Both the position numbers and the translations under genes were made by a program. Positions 17,514-27,241 of a stretch of DNA of 64,000 nucleotides are shown piece by piece (position 1 is the stretch's first letter; each line of letters starts with the position of its first letter). The notes under the pieces were generated by a model that was not told where the DNA came from, ran no database searches, and worked only from the letters and a program-made list of their open reading frames with translations. This DNA is from Candidatus Saccharimonadales bacterium (GTDB lineage Bacteria > Patescibacteriota > Saccharimonadia > QS-5-54-17): the NCBI GenBank assembly GCA_040876925.1, contig JBBDOS010000005.1, forward strand, positions 40,815-104,814, in the 5' to 3' direction.

Positions 17514-17975
17514 ATGGCGGATGAAATACAACTACGAGGTGGATCAGAAGCAGAGAATGACTCCTTCACTGGCGCCCAAAGAGAAGTTACTGTCGATACT
17601 ACTAATAAGACTCTTAGAGTACATGATGGTACAACAGCCGGAGGATCTAAATTAGCTACTCAAGACTATGTTGGCGATAATACCGCCTCTTTGACAGTTG
17701 AGAACGAATCGGGTACCAGCTACACAGTGGTGGCTGCCGATTCGGGAAAAGTGAAGCGGTTTACAGACGCTTCACAAGTAACAGTGACGCTACCAGATGG
17801 ACTGGCGGTCGGCACAATTGTGCATTTACTGTCGGCAGGTGCTGGAGGATTATCTATTGAGTCAAATGCTTCTTCGACAGTAGATCCGAATGATCCGGGT
17901 ACGGTAGATGAGGCAGGTGAGGCATCAGCGTTAGTAGTAGCTACTGACACCTGGAACGTACAAGGAACAGCATGA
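17514..17975 (+). CDS. Phage tail-fibre N-terminal-domain protein. The GC content rises along the gene.
   Basis: N-terminus MADEIQLRGGSEAENDSFTGAQREVTVDTTNKTLRVHDGTTAGG matches the widespread conserved N-terminal domain of phage tail fibre / receptor-binding proteins (IQxRRG...GE...DT..L+xxDG pattern). The stop overlaps the next gene's start (ATGA). Confidence 0.6.
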   Translation: MADEIQLRGGSEAENDSFTGAQREVTVDTTNKTLRVHDGTTAGGSKLATQDYVGDNTASLTVENESGTSYTVVAADSGKVKRFTDASQVTVTLPDGLAVGTIVHLLSAGAGGLSIESNASSTVDPNDPGTVDEAGEASALVVATDTWNVQGTA

Positions 17976-19201
17976 GTGTTGCGCTTCTTCGCCGTCGTGG
18001 AGTGTTGGCTGCTGGCGGGGGTGGGGGTGCACAGTTCGCTGTCGGCAGCTTTACGGCAGACACATCTACCGGGACGCAGCAGTTCGCTCACGGTCTTGGG
18101 ACGACTCCGAAGGCGATCTTCTTTTTCGGTTCGGGGTCTGCTGCGGTGTCGGGGACGTGGGATGCGCACGTTCATCAGGTAGTCGGGTTTAGTGATGGCA
18201 CGACTTCTTATGCAGTTTCTGGTGCGTCGGAGGACGCGGTAACGACGTCGAATACAGAGCAGCGTATTGCGGCGAAGTGCATCACGATTATTAGTGATGG
18301 CGAGGTGGTGATCGGTGAGGCGGATTTGGATTCGTGGGATGACACGAACATCACGGTGGATTGGACGGACGCGCCGGTCACATCTGACGAAATTATGTTT
18401 TGGGTTGTCGGTGGGGAGGGTGTTGAGGCGAAAGTTATGAACTGGCAATCACCTACTTCCACAGGGAATAAGGTGATTGACACAGTTGGTTTTCAACCTG
18501 ATTTGGTGCTACACGCCACGGTCTACGCGGCGTCGTCAATCCCGGACTCTTCTGGGTATATGGCTACAGGGTTTGGTGCGATGGATGGTGCTGGTGGACA
18601 GTGGACGAACGCTGTTGCGGCACAGGCTAGTCAGTCCACGAGCAACACGGGCCGATATCAGCGCACCGATAAGTGCATCTCAATTTTACAGGCTAATGGC
18701 ACTAGCCTTCCGGTAAATGAGGAGGCCGAGTTTGTGTCGATGAATTCGGGCGGTTTCACGGTCGATTTTACGACTGCGAGCGCGGGCGAGTGGAACTACA
18801 TCTCTTTGTGTATCAAGGGTGTCAACGCCAAAGTGCTGTCAGTCTCCGAAAGCGGCTCAGACACCCAAACCATCGACACTCTCACCTTTGAGCCATCCGC
18901 GCTTCTGACAGCCAATACTAGGCAAGCGGGGAATAGCGGACTTGTTGCTACGGATGCGTTGTTCGGAATAGGAGCAGCCACCGGAGATGCCCAACGCGCT
19001 ACTGCGCAAAGCGACCGCAATGGGCAGGCAACAACCGACGCGGAGTCGCTGTGGAAAAACAACCGGCACATTATCATGCCCGAATATGGGTCAATCAAGG
19101 CGGAAGCATCACTCACGTCGTTCAACGCAGACGGATGGACCGAAGATTGGGCGACCGACCCTGAAACAAATGTGCGTTACTACATCGCTTTAGGAGCCTA
19201 A
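17972..19201 (+). CDS. Large Gly/Ala/Thr/Ser-rich hypothetical protein, probable tail-fibre/receptor-binding partner, on a GC-rich island
   Basis: 409 aa at about 55-58% GC in an otherwise AT-rich locus. Translationally coupled to the upstream tail-fibre-domain gene. Followed immediately by GC-rich hairpins. Confidence 0.55.
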   Translation: MSVALLRRRGVLAAGGGGGAQFAVGSFTADTSTGTQQFAHGLGTTPKAIFFFGSGSAAVSGTWDAHVHQVVGFSDGTTSYAVSGASEDAVTTSNTEQRIAAKCITIISDGEVVIGEADLDSWDDTNITVDWTDAPVTSDEIMFWVVGGEGVEAKVMNWQSPTSTGNKVIDTVGFQPDLVLHATVYAASSIPDSSGYMATGFGAMDGAGGQWTNAVAAQASQSTSNTGRYQRTDKCISILQANGTSLPVNEEAEFVSMNSGGFTVDFTTASAGEWNYISLCIKGVNAKVLSVSESGSDTQTIDTLTFEPSALLTANTRQAGNSGLVATDALFGIGAATGDAQRATAQSDRNGQATTDAESLWKNNRHIIMPEYGSIKAEASLTSFNADGWTEDWATDPETNVRYYIALGA

Positions 19202-19417
19202 TAATGCCCCTCTCTACCGCCATCATCAACGACGGACAGATTGCTGTCCCTGCCCACCAACTGAAAGCCGCACTCACCTTGTGGGCAGCAGGGAAAGGCA
19301 CCCGCCCCCAAGCGACATCGACACGCTCATCACAGAACACTCGTTCCTAATGAATATAAAGCAATAAAAAAACCCAGGGATGTTTATCTACGATCGGGAG
19401 TATTAATAACATTTTAA

Positions 19418-19494
19418 TGGAGGGCCTGGTGGGAGTCGAACCCACGACACGCGGCTTAAAAGGCCGCTGCTCTAACCAACTGAGCTACAGGCCC
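19418..19494 (-). tRNA. tRNA-Lys (anticodon UUU). Near-duplicate of the tRNA-Lys(CUU) at 13131-13207.
   Basis: Reverse complement GGGCCTGTAGCTCAGTTGGTTAGAGCAGCGGCCTTTTAAGCCGCGTGTCGTGGGTTCGACTCCCACCAGGCCCTCCA. Confidence 0.85.
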
Positions 19495-19569
19495 ACATTT
19501 TTTTGAGTAATTTGTTTAAAATTACAGCAGCCTTTATTCTACCTAAGTTGCTGCCCCTGTGGCAACTAT

Positions 19570-20058
19570 TTACCTTGAATTAGCTGCTTTTTTGCGTTTT
19601 TTAGACTTTTCTACTTGATTACGATGATGGATACTATCTATCAGTATTAGTATGGCGGCTGCAAAAGTAAACCAAACGTAATTATCAAGTACCTGCCAGC
19701 CTATTATCGACCTATCCACAATAGCGTTTTGCCAATCAATTGGCAGCACATGGGCAATACTGGATAGGAAGAACAGGGTGAAAACTAGTACGAATATAGT
19801 CTTCCAGATTATATTACCTTTTTTCTGCTTATCTACGCTGTGATTAATACCCAAGATAAGAGCTGGTACAGCTAGTATAATCACCTTGGCTAAGCTCTCT
19901 GGTATGGCGGTTGTGAAATATTCTTCTAAGGGGGTGATTTGCAAAAGAGCTAGGCCGATAAAGACACCTAGAGCTACAAACTTAACGTGGCTTTTGTAGT
20001 GAAGTACTAGAGCGCTAGCGCCTATGACTGTTGCAGCTATGATAAAATCGACATTCAT
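19570..20058 (-). CDS. Hypothetical integral membrane protein (162 aa)
   Basis: ORF track; 4-5 hydrophobic helices. Confidence 0.45.
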   Translation of the reverse strand: MNVDFIIAATVIGASALVLHYKSHVKFVALGVFIGLALLQITPLEEYFTTAIPESLAKVIILAVPALILGINHSVDKQKKGNIIWKTIFVLVFTLFFLSSIAHVLPIDWQNAIVDRSIIGWQVLDNYVWFTFAAAILILIDSIHHRNQVEKSKKRKKAANSR

Positions 20059-20149
20059 TTTGAAAAAACTTTCTTACTTACTATTTAAGCTAAAGCTATT
20101 ATACAACTTATGTTTAATAAATTCTAAGATTCTGAGTTAAAAAAACTGT

Positions 20150-20614
20150 CTATAGAGTTAGTTTTAGACTATCTCCTACTGATATATCATGCTGATTAGT
20201 AAACCCAGCGTTAACTTCTAAGACATATTTAACAGGTTCTGGTGACGTGATAACTTCAGGATATGATGCTGGTAATAGATTATGGGTGATATCAACAACC
20301 TCTAGATTGCTATCTATCCAGATAATATCTATGGCAAAATTCATATCTAACATATGAAAGCCGTGTATACCTGGCTGATCAAAAACAAACAACATGCCTT
20401 CCTTATCTGACAATGACTCTCTACCAGATAAGCCTTGAGACCTAGACTCAGCAGTATCTGCTATCTCAACTTCAACAGTAACACTATCAAACTCAACCAA
20501 AGATACATCTGAGACGTTATTGGACTGGTTAAGTGGTAATACCCAAGTTAACCAGCCAATAATAGCAGCTAATATGATGGCTGCTATTAAGATGTAGTAC
20601 TTCTTCTCTACCAT
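20150..20614 (-). CDS. DUF192-domain protein with N-terminal signal/anchor
   Basis: GLSGRESL..GMLFVF...GFHMLDM..AIDIIWID..VLEVNAG pattern typical of DUF192 (COG1430). Confidence 0.6.
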   Translation of the reverse strand: MVEKKYYILIAAIILAAIIGWLTWVLPLNQSNNVSDVSLVEFDSVTVEVEIADTAESRSQGLSGRESLSDKEGMLFVFDQPGIHGFHMLDMNFAIDIIWIDSNLEVVDITHNLLPASYPEVITSPEPVKYVLEVNAGFTNQHDISVGDSLKLTL

Positions 20615-20674
20615 TATTTATCCGCCAATTATTTTATACTTAGGGCTTTTAATGTAGAAGATTTGCTTACCTTC

Positions 20675-21580
20675 TTAGGCTCCCACTTTATCCTTTTTGG
20701 GCTTTCTAGTGGCATTAACCTCGATATATTTAACTATTATACTGGCAATATCTTTATTGGTAGTATTTTCTATCCCCTCTAGTCCTGGAGATGAATTAAC
20801 CTCAATTACTAATGGGCCTCTAGAGGATTGCAGGATATCCACTCCGGCAATATCAAGTCCTAGTTTTTTAGCTGCCTTAACAGCTATCTTACGTTCATCA
20901 TCTGAGAGTTTAATTTTCTCTCCAGTACCACCTAAATGTAGGTTAGAACGAAAGTCTTCATCAAGTCCCTGCCTCTTCATAGCTCCTACAACTCTGCCGC
21001 CTACTACAAAAGCACGAATATCAGCACCGCCTGACTCTTCGATAAACTCCTGGATTAGTATCGGCTGATTAATACTGTAGAAAGCTTGCACTATAGACTT
21101 AGCCTCTTTTTTGGTCTGGGCTAGTACTACGCCTTGGCCGTGAGTGCTCTCTACTAACTTAACTATCAAAGGCGCTCCACCAACTAGGTCGATAAGCTCT
21201 GCGATATCCTCTGTTTGAGATGCAAAAGCTGTCTTAGGGATATCAATATCAGAACGAGCCATTAACTGCAGACTGCGCAACTTATCACGAGAACGCACAA
21301 TTGCTATGGACTTAGCAGTAGTAAAAACATTCATCATTTCAAACTGTCTAACTACAGCCGAACCATAGCCAGTATATGAGAAACCTATACGAGGTATAAC
21401 AGCATCTATACCCGTTAACCTTTCACCCTTGTAGTGAATTGTTGGACGGTTATGCTCTATCTCCATATAGCATTTAGCGTAATCTAGCACGATCACTTCA
21501 TGACCAGCTTTTTCAGCAGCATCTATCAATACTCTGGTGGAGTAATTAGCTGTACTACGTGAAAGTATGGCTATGCGCAT
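20675..21580 (-). CDS. rimK: RimK-family ATP-grasp alpha-L-glutamate ligase
   Basis: MRIAILSR, ATP-grasp motifs, 301 aa. Followed upstream by the typical partner COG4067 gene. Confidence 0.8.
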   Translation of the reverse strand: MRIAILSRSTANYSTRVLIDAAEKAGHEVIVLDYAKCYMEIEHNRPTIHYKGERLTGIDAVIPRIGFSYTGYGSAVVRQFEMMNVFTTAKSIAIVRSRDKLRSLQLMARSDIDIPKTAFASQTEDIAELIDLVGGAPLIVKLVESTHGQGVVLAQTKKEAKSIVQAFYSINQPILIQEFIEESGGADIRAFVVGGRVVGAMKRQGLDEDFRSNLHLGGTGEKIKLSDDERKIAVKAAKKLGLDIAGVDILQSSRGPLVIEVNSSPGLEGIENTTNKDIASIIVKYIEVNATRKPKKDKVGA

Positions 21581-21660
21581 AGTCTATCTCCTTTACTTAA
21601 TTAATTGATATTTAGACTGGCAGTAAATTAAAAATGAACGAATTTATTTTTAATAAAAAA

Positions 21661-22110
21661 TTATTCTTCTTCCTCTGAGGGGTCATCTAATGATACATCT
21701 ACTATAAAAAATCCCCTGAGAAACTTCCTACCTAAGAGTATAGGGAATTTCATGTCTTGTCTATTAGTTAATGTAAACTCTGCTGTATGCTCCTCTCCAG
21801 CTATATTGACAGTTAGATCTACTAATGGTCTATTCTGGATATCACCATTGGAGCTTTTTACCTTAACTTCACCTTTACTTTTGAGGGTAGTTGGATGATC
21901 ACCTATAGGGCTACCATCCATATTAGTAGTTTGGATAGCTAGATAAGTATCTCCATCTTCTTCAAACTCTTCTATGAACTCACAGTGCAGAGAAGACCTA
22001 TAAGCACCTGTATCGACTTTGGCCTTAACGTTACTTAAATCTAAATCAGGCAGAGCTATATAAACCCACCTACCTATTGTTGTTTTCGACATCTTACTTA
22101 AAATATACAA
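21661..22110 (-). CDS. RimK-associated putative ATP-dependent zinc protease / retropepsin-like aspartyl protease (COG4067, DUF785)
   Basis: KVDTGAYRSSLH (D-T-G-A). Conserved genomic pairing with rimK. Confidence 0.6.
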   Translation of the reverse strand: MYILSKMSKTTIGRWVYIALPDLDLSNVKAKVDTGAYRSSLHCEFIEEFEEDGDTYLAIQTTNMDGSPIGDHPTTLKSKGEVKVKSSNGDIQNRPLVDLTVNIAGEEHTAEFTLTNRQDMKFPILLGRKFLRGFFIVDVSLDDPSEEEE

Positions 22111-22318
22111 TTCTTTAACAGAAATTGCTATATCACCTCTTAAAATTGGAATTAAACTATAGCAGTAATACTCATATATGTCAATACAGAGTTAATAGAC
22201 TGTTTATGATGTATATTAATCTACGTTTAGGTTATGGACACATTAAGCATGAGTGATATAGAATAGAGAGTGAATATCATTAACCTTCTTTTTATGTGGG
22301 GCTAGGAATTACAACCCA

Positions 22319-24190
22319 GTGGAAGAGCATAGGCAAGTTCAGACACCAGCAAATATTACACAACCACTGGGCGTGTCACAGTTTCATGGAGAAACAGTTC
22401 TAGCTTATCAAACACAAAAACCAGGACATCAAAAACTAACCGTTGCTACTAGTGATAATGGTCTTAACTTTAGCGAGCATCATGATAGCCCAGTTATACT
22501 TTCTCCTGCTGGGCGAGTAGAGGATTTAGATAAATCTAGCAACTTCAGATTAGTAACTATCGCTCAACAAGAACTAGTCTCCTATATCAAACACCCCGAT
22601 GAAAACGGTATTGGTGATTTGACACTAGCTACCCCAGCTGATGAACATTGGGATATAGCTACTTGGATGAATGTAGAGCTCAAGCAACCCATCAAGGCTA
22701 GTAGTGCTAGCTTGATACCAGAGCATAAATCTGATGGCCATTATGTCATGTATTTTGCCGATCAAGATGGTATTAAATTAGCCACCGCTAAGAATATTCA
22801 TAACTGGCAGATTAGAAAACGGCCTGTACTGCCTCTGCGTAGTGGATATTTTGATGAAAAGGATATAGATATCATATCCACCCACTATTATGAACAAGGT
22901 ATTATGATTATTTACTCTAGTAAATCTCGTAAAAGATTTAAGACAGTAAATCAGATAGGTATAGCTTTTCTAGCTAATGACAATCCGGCTCAATTACTTT
23001 GGCGAAGTGATGAACCATTCTGGAAAATAACTAATAGACATCGTGGCGATAAGATAATAGGTGCTAGTGTTGATGGTGATAAGATAGTTCTTTATATCTA
23101 TGAGCTACATAAAGGTATTTACTCGGTTAATATCACTAATCCATTTATGACCCATAAACTAATCCAGCAAAAAATTAGTCTAGATAGATATAGCAATAAC
23201 CCAATCATAGCTCCAGAAAATAGACAATCGTGGGAGGCTATAGGCACCTTTAACCCTGCTGTTATGGTAGGAAAAGATGGACGCATACATATGCTATATC
23301 GAGCCATTGGCGCCGACGGCATATCTAGACTGGGTTACGTGAGTAGTAGTGACGGCTTTAGTTTTGATGATAGCTTGCCATACCCCGTATATACTATGAA
23401 AAAAAGTAGCCGAGACCTAAAAGAGCAAGAATATAACCCTATCACTAACCCATCAGGTGGTAGCTGGAGTGGCACGGAAGATCCTAGAATGGTATCTATA
23501 GAAGGTAGAGTTTATGTGACTTTCAACACCTTTGATGGTTGGAATTTTATCAGAGCTAGTGCTATCACTATCAGTGAAGACGATTTATTGAAAAAGAATT
23601 TTGCCTGGGATGAACCTATGTACCTATCGCCTCTTGGAGAAATTCATAAGAACTGGGTGATATTCCCGGAAAAAATTAATGGTAAATTTGCTATATTACA
23701 CAGCATATCCCCAGAACTTCAGATAGATTATGTTGATAATTTAGAAGATCTACACAACAATAAGAAGCGGATAAAAAGTCGTTTTGGCCAAAAACAACCA
23801 AGAAAAACTTGGGACACCTGGCTAAGAGGTGTGGGGCCGCCCCCAATTAAAACCGATAAGGGTTGGTTAATTCTCTATCACGCAGTTGATAAAAAATACC
23901 CCAATCAATACCGATTAGGGGCAAAATTGCTAGATCTTAAAAACCCTAGGAAGATTATCGCTAGATCAGCCGCACCGGTATTGGTGCCTAGCCAGTGGTA
24001 TGAAAACGAATCAAAGCCAGGGGTAATTTACGCTTGTGGAGCTATTATAAAAAATGGTCAGCTACTAGTATATTACGGTGGAGGTGACAAGCATGTCTGT
24101 ATAGCTTCTGCTTCGATAGATGAGTTCATCAAGGAGTTATTAACTGATCGCAAGCCTCATTTGAATTTTAACCAAGTAACAATTTCATGA
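22319..24190 (+). CDS. Two-domain GH130-family (beta-mannoside phosphorylase-like / DUF377 five-bladed propeller) protein; start codon uncertain
   Basis: C-terminal half: NPIIAPENRQSWEAIGTFNPAVMVGKDGRIHMLYRAIGADGISRLGYVSSSDGFSF...GTEDPRMVSIEGRVYVTFNTFDG matches the GH130 core pattern (NPII.PE..W...FNPA......LYRA....S.LG.A.S.DG..F...EDPR). The N-terminal half is more divergent. The track uses a GTG start with no Shine-Dalgarno. Confidence 0.6.
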   Translation: MEEHRQVQTPANITQPLGVSQFHGETVLAYQTQKPGHQKLTVATSDNGLNFSEHHDSPVILSPAGRVEDLDKSSNFRLVTIAQQELVSYIKHPDENGIGDLTLATPADEHWDIATWMNVELKQPIKASSASLIPEHKSDGHYVMYFADQDGIKLATAKNIHNWQIRKRPVLPLRSGYFDEKDIDIISTHYYEQGIMIIYSSKSRKRFKTVNQIGIAFLANDNPAQLLWRSDEPFWKITNRHRGDKIIGASVDGDKIVLYIYELHKGIYSVNITNPFMTHKLIQQKISLDRYSNNPIIAPENRQSWEAIGTFNPAVMVGKDGRIHMLYRAIGADGISRLGYVSSSDGFSFDDSLPYPVYTMKKSSRDLKEQEYNPITNPSGGSWSGTEDPRMVSIEGRVYVTFNTFDGWNFIRASAITISEDDLLKKNFAWDEPMYLSPLGEIHKNWVIFPEKINGKFAILHSISPELQIDYVDNLEDLHNNKKRIKSRFGQKQPRKTWDTWLRGVGPPPIKTDKGWLILYHAVDKKYPNQYRLGAKLLDLKNPRKIIARSAAPVLVPSQWYENESKPGVIYACGAIIKNGQLLVYYGGGDKHVCIASASIDEFIKELLTDRKPHLNFNQVTIS

Positions 24191-24208
24191 TAGGATTTTT
24201 AACTAAAT

Positions 24209-26113
24209 ATGTTTAGCGTTTTTAGAAACCCATTTAATCCACTAGTAACTCCCAGTACTAGGCAACCTTGGCGTAATCTATCAGCTTTTAACCCATCGCC
24301 TGTGGTTACAGATAATAAGCACTACCTAATCTACCGCGGCATGGCTAAAGAGTCCTACTATCATGGCCATCGACTGGAGATATCAACCATTGGTATATGC
24401 GATAGCCCAGATGGTAATGAGTACGACAATCACCGCCAATTAATAGTGCCTGAGGAGTCCTGGGAAAAATTTGGTATTGAAGACCCTAGAGTAACCAAGA
24501 TAGATGATACTTACTACATCTTCTATACCGCTATATCTGAATTTCCCTTTGGAGCTAGTGGCATTAAAGTAGCCGTAGCTTTAAGTGATGATTTAGAAAC
24601 CATTAAAGAACGGCACCTAGTAACGCCATTTAACGCTAAAGCTATGGCCCTATTTCCAGATAGAGTAAATGGCAAGCTTTGTGCCATACTCACCATCCAT
24701 AGCGATATGCCGCCAGCTAGAATAGCCATTGCCTATTTCGATAAGCCAGAAGACATTTGGGATCCCAAATACTGGGAAAAGTGGTATGCCAACCTTGAAA
24801 GTCACTGCGTAGATCTAATTTATGAGGAAGATGATCATGCTGAAGTAGGTGCACCGCCACTATTAACTGATGAAGGGTGGTTACTAGTTTATTCTCATAT
24901 CCAAAACTACTTTAGCGAGGATAAAATATTTAGTATTAAAGCAGTCTTACTAGATAAAGATGATCCGACTAAATTCATCGCTAGAACTAGGTATCCATTC
25001 ATGATACCTCAAGAAAACTACGAACGATATGGCTATATAGATAATATTATCTTCCCTTCAGGAGCAGCTATAGAGGGAGAAGATTTAAGTATCTACTATG
25101 GTGGTGCCGATACAATCTGTGCTAACGCTAAGATCAATCTTAAAAGACTACTAAAAGAGCTGATCAATCCCGATCATGAACATGTCAAAAGATACGAAGG
25201 CAACCCAATTATGGCTCCAGTGCGAGAGCATCCATGGGAATCCAAGTACGTCCTGAATCCAACAGCTATAGATTTAGATGGTAAAGCGCACATACTCTAT
25301 AGGGCGATTGATCAACATTACACATCAACTATCGGCTACGGCTCTTCTAAGAACGGTCTATCTATCGATGAGAGACTGGATAAACCGATATATGTACCTC
25401 GCATAAGAGCAGAGATAAACCAGTCTGAGTCAGATGGGAACTCAGGCTGTGAAGATGCCCGGATAGTAGAGATTGATAATAGGCTATATATCACCTACAC
25501 CGCCTACAACGGAGTAGATATGCCCCATGTAGCTATTAGCTCCATCGGTAAGGATGAGTTCTTAAATCATCAATGGGATAGGTGGAGCAAGCCACAAATC
25601 ATATCCCCTAAAGAAGTGGATGATAAAGATGCGGCTTTATTTCCGGAAAAGATTAATGATAAATATGTCATTTTACATAGGATTGATAGACATGTCTGTA
25701 TTGATTACGTAGATACTTTGGATTTCTCTAAAGAAAAGTTAGTTAGGTGTATCCAGGTCTTGGGTCCTAGAAGAGGTATGTGGGATAGCCAAAAAGTTGG
25801 TATTAACGGTTCACCAATTAAAACAGATAAGGGCTGGTTGATGTTCTATCATGGTATCAATAAAGACAATGCTTATTGCATGGGTGCTATATTATTAGAC
25901 CTTGAAGATCCAACTATAACGCTGGGGCGTAGCGCTCAGCCAATTATGGAGCCAGTAGCGGACTATGAGAAGAATGGCTGGGTAAATAACGTAGTTTTCT
26001 CCTGTGGACAGATAGTTAGAGACGATACTATCTATATATATTACGGTGGGGCCGATAGTGTAGTTTGTGTAGCTACTATACCATTAGATCTAGTGCTAGA
26101 TGGGTTGAGTTAG
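24209..26113 (+). CDS. Two-domain GH130-family protein, paralog of the upstream gene
   Basis: Two GH130-like repeats: ...EDPRVTKIDDTYYIFYTAIS... and NPIMAPVREHPWESKYVLNPTAIDLDGKAHILYRAID...GYGSSKNGLS...CEDARIVEIDNRLYITYTAYNG. Shared C-terminal YYGGGD/YYGGAD motifs with the upstream protein. Confidence 0.6.
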   Translation: MFSVFRNPFNPLVTPSTRQPWRNLSAFNPSPVVTDNKHYLIYRGMAKESYYHGHRLEISTIGICDSPDGNEYDNHRQLIVPEESWEKFGIEDPRVTKIDDTYYIFYTAISEFPFGASGIKVAVALSDDLETIKERHLVTPFNAKAMALFPDRVNGKLCAILTIHSDMPPARIAIAYFDKPEDIWDPKYWEKWYANLESHCVDLIYEEDDHAEVGAPPLLTDEGWLLVYSHIQNYFSEDKIFSIKAVLLDKDDPTKFIARTRYPFMIPQENYERYGYIDNIIFPSGAAIEGEDLSIYYGGADTICANAKINLKRLLKELINPDHEHVKRYEGNPIMAPVREHPWESKYVLNPTAIDLDGKAHILYRAIDQHYTSTIGYGSSKNGLSIDERLDKPIYVPRIRAEINQSESDGNSGCEDARIVEIDNRLYITYTAYNGVDMPHVAISSIGKDEFLNHQWDRWSKPQIISPKEVDDKDAALFPEKINDKYVILHRIDRHVCIDYVDTLDFSKEKLVRCIQVLGPRRGMWDSQKVGINGSPIKTDKGWLMFYHGINKDNAYCMGAILLDLEDPTITLGRSAQPIMEPVADYEKNGWVNNVVFSCGQIVRDDTIYIYYGGADSVVCVATIPLDLVLDGLS

Positions 26114-26136
26114 TGGTATAAAATACAAACGTTCTA

Positions 26137-27225
26137 TCACAGAGTTTCACCCAAATCTTCTAATAAATTCTTTTGTTTACGAGATAAGCGCTTAGGTACA
26201 GCCACTGTCACATTAACTAAATGATCACCCCTGCTACTGATACTGCCACCGCGCGGTACACCCCTACCACTGAGCTTAAAGACCTGCCCGCTTTGAGTGC
26301 CTGATGGTATCTTCATCTTAGTCTTACCGTCTACGGTATTAACATCTATTTCTGTACCTAGTGCAGCCTCCACTATATTAATAGTGGCATTAGATAAGAT
26401 GTCATGTCCGCGCCGAGAAAATTCACGGCTAGGTCTGACATTAACGTGTACATAAAGATCACCTTTGGGACCCTTAGCTATAGCCTCACCTCTACCTGAG
26501 ACCCTTAATGTAGCTCCATCATTAATCCCAGCTGGTACTTTAATTTTAATATCTTGCTTAGCCCTCTTGGTACCTTTACCACCACAGTTACTACAAGCTT
26601 TTTCTGGAATCTCTCCTAGCCCATGGCACTTACTGCAAATGCTTCTATGTTGGATACTACCGAGTATAGTGTTTTGTACCTGCACCACCTGACCGCTGCC
26701 ATTACAGTTATCGCAAGTCTTCATACTACTGCCAGGTTCTGCCATTTTACCTTCACAAGTAGGACAGATATCTTCTAGGTCTAGATTGATGGTTTTCTCT
26801 ACGCCAAATATAGACTCCTTAAAGTCTATAGCTACACTTGTCTCTACGTCTCTACCTTTCTGTGTTCTAGCCGATCTGCTACGCCTACCTCCACCACCAA
26901 AAAAACTCCCAAATATATCGCCTAAATCATCTAGATCAATATCAAACTGCTGCCCTCCACCGAAACCGCCCTGGAATGGACCATAACCCCCACCACCAGT
27001 GCTTTGAGCTGATTGGTAGGCATTGTGGCCAAACTGATCATATTGTTGACGCTTATCAGGACTTTTCAGTGTCTCATAGGCTTGAGAGATTTCCTTAAAC
27101 TTGACTTCATCCCCGCCCTCTTTATCGGGGTGATACTTAACAGCCAGCTTGCGGTACGCGCGTTTAATCTCCTCACTAGAGGCATTTTTAGAAACTCCTA
27201 GTACTTCATAGTAATCACGTGCCAC
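26137..27225 (-). CDS. dnaJ: Chaperone DnaJ
   Basis: J domain DYYEVLGV...HPDK. Gly-rich linker. Four CxxCxGxG zinc-finger repeats. Confidence 0.92.
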   Translation of the reverse strand: MARDYYEVLGVSKNASSEEIKRAYRKLAVKYHPDKEGGDEVKFKEISQAYETLKSPDKRQQYDQFGHNAYQSAQSTGGGGYGPFQGGFGGGQQFDIDLDDLGDIFGSFFGGGGRRSRSARTQKGRDVETSVAIDFKESIFGVEKTINLDLEDICPTCEGKMAEPGSSMKTCDNCNGSGQVVQVQNTILGSIQHRSICSKCHGLGEIPEKACSNCGGKGTKRAKQDIKIKVPAGINDGATLRVSGRGEAIAKGPKGDLYVHVNVRPSREFSRRGHDILSNATINIVEAALGTEIDVNTVDGKTKMKIPSGTQSGQVFKLSGRGVPRGGSISSRGDHLVNVTVAVPKRLSRKQKNLLEDLGETL

Positions 27226-27241
27226 AAATTACACCCTTTAA

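Noticed and set aside
17720-18448. 242-aa Arg-rich minus-strand ORF (and the other short ORFs 18208-18483, 18796-19125, 18857-19069, 19122-19340) inside the GC-rich island
   Set aside because: Arg/Pro-rich antisense ORFs are the usual artefact of GC-rich coding DNA. They overlap the far more protein-like plus-strand genes.
17514-19360. Diversity-generating retroelement (DGR) targeting the tail-fibre-like gene
   Set aside because: DGR targets are often tail-fibre/C-type-lectin proteins and DGRs are common in CPR lineages. I found no reverse transcriptase ORF, and no template-repeat/variable-repeat pair with adenine-specific differences in or near the island by eye. A computational self-alignment of 17.5-19.4 kb could still reveal a TR/VR pair.
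19418-19494. att direct repeat of the tRNA-Lys(TTT) 3' end at the far side of the GC-rich island
   Set aside because: I looked for a copy of the tRNA 3' end (ggtgggagtcgaaccc / its complement) around 17440-17720 and did not find one by eye. The integration-at-tRNA idea for this island therefore rests only on adjacency and composition.
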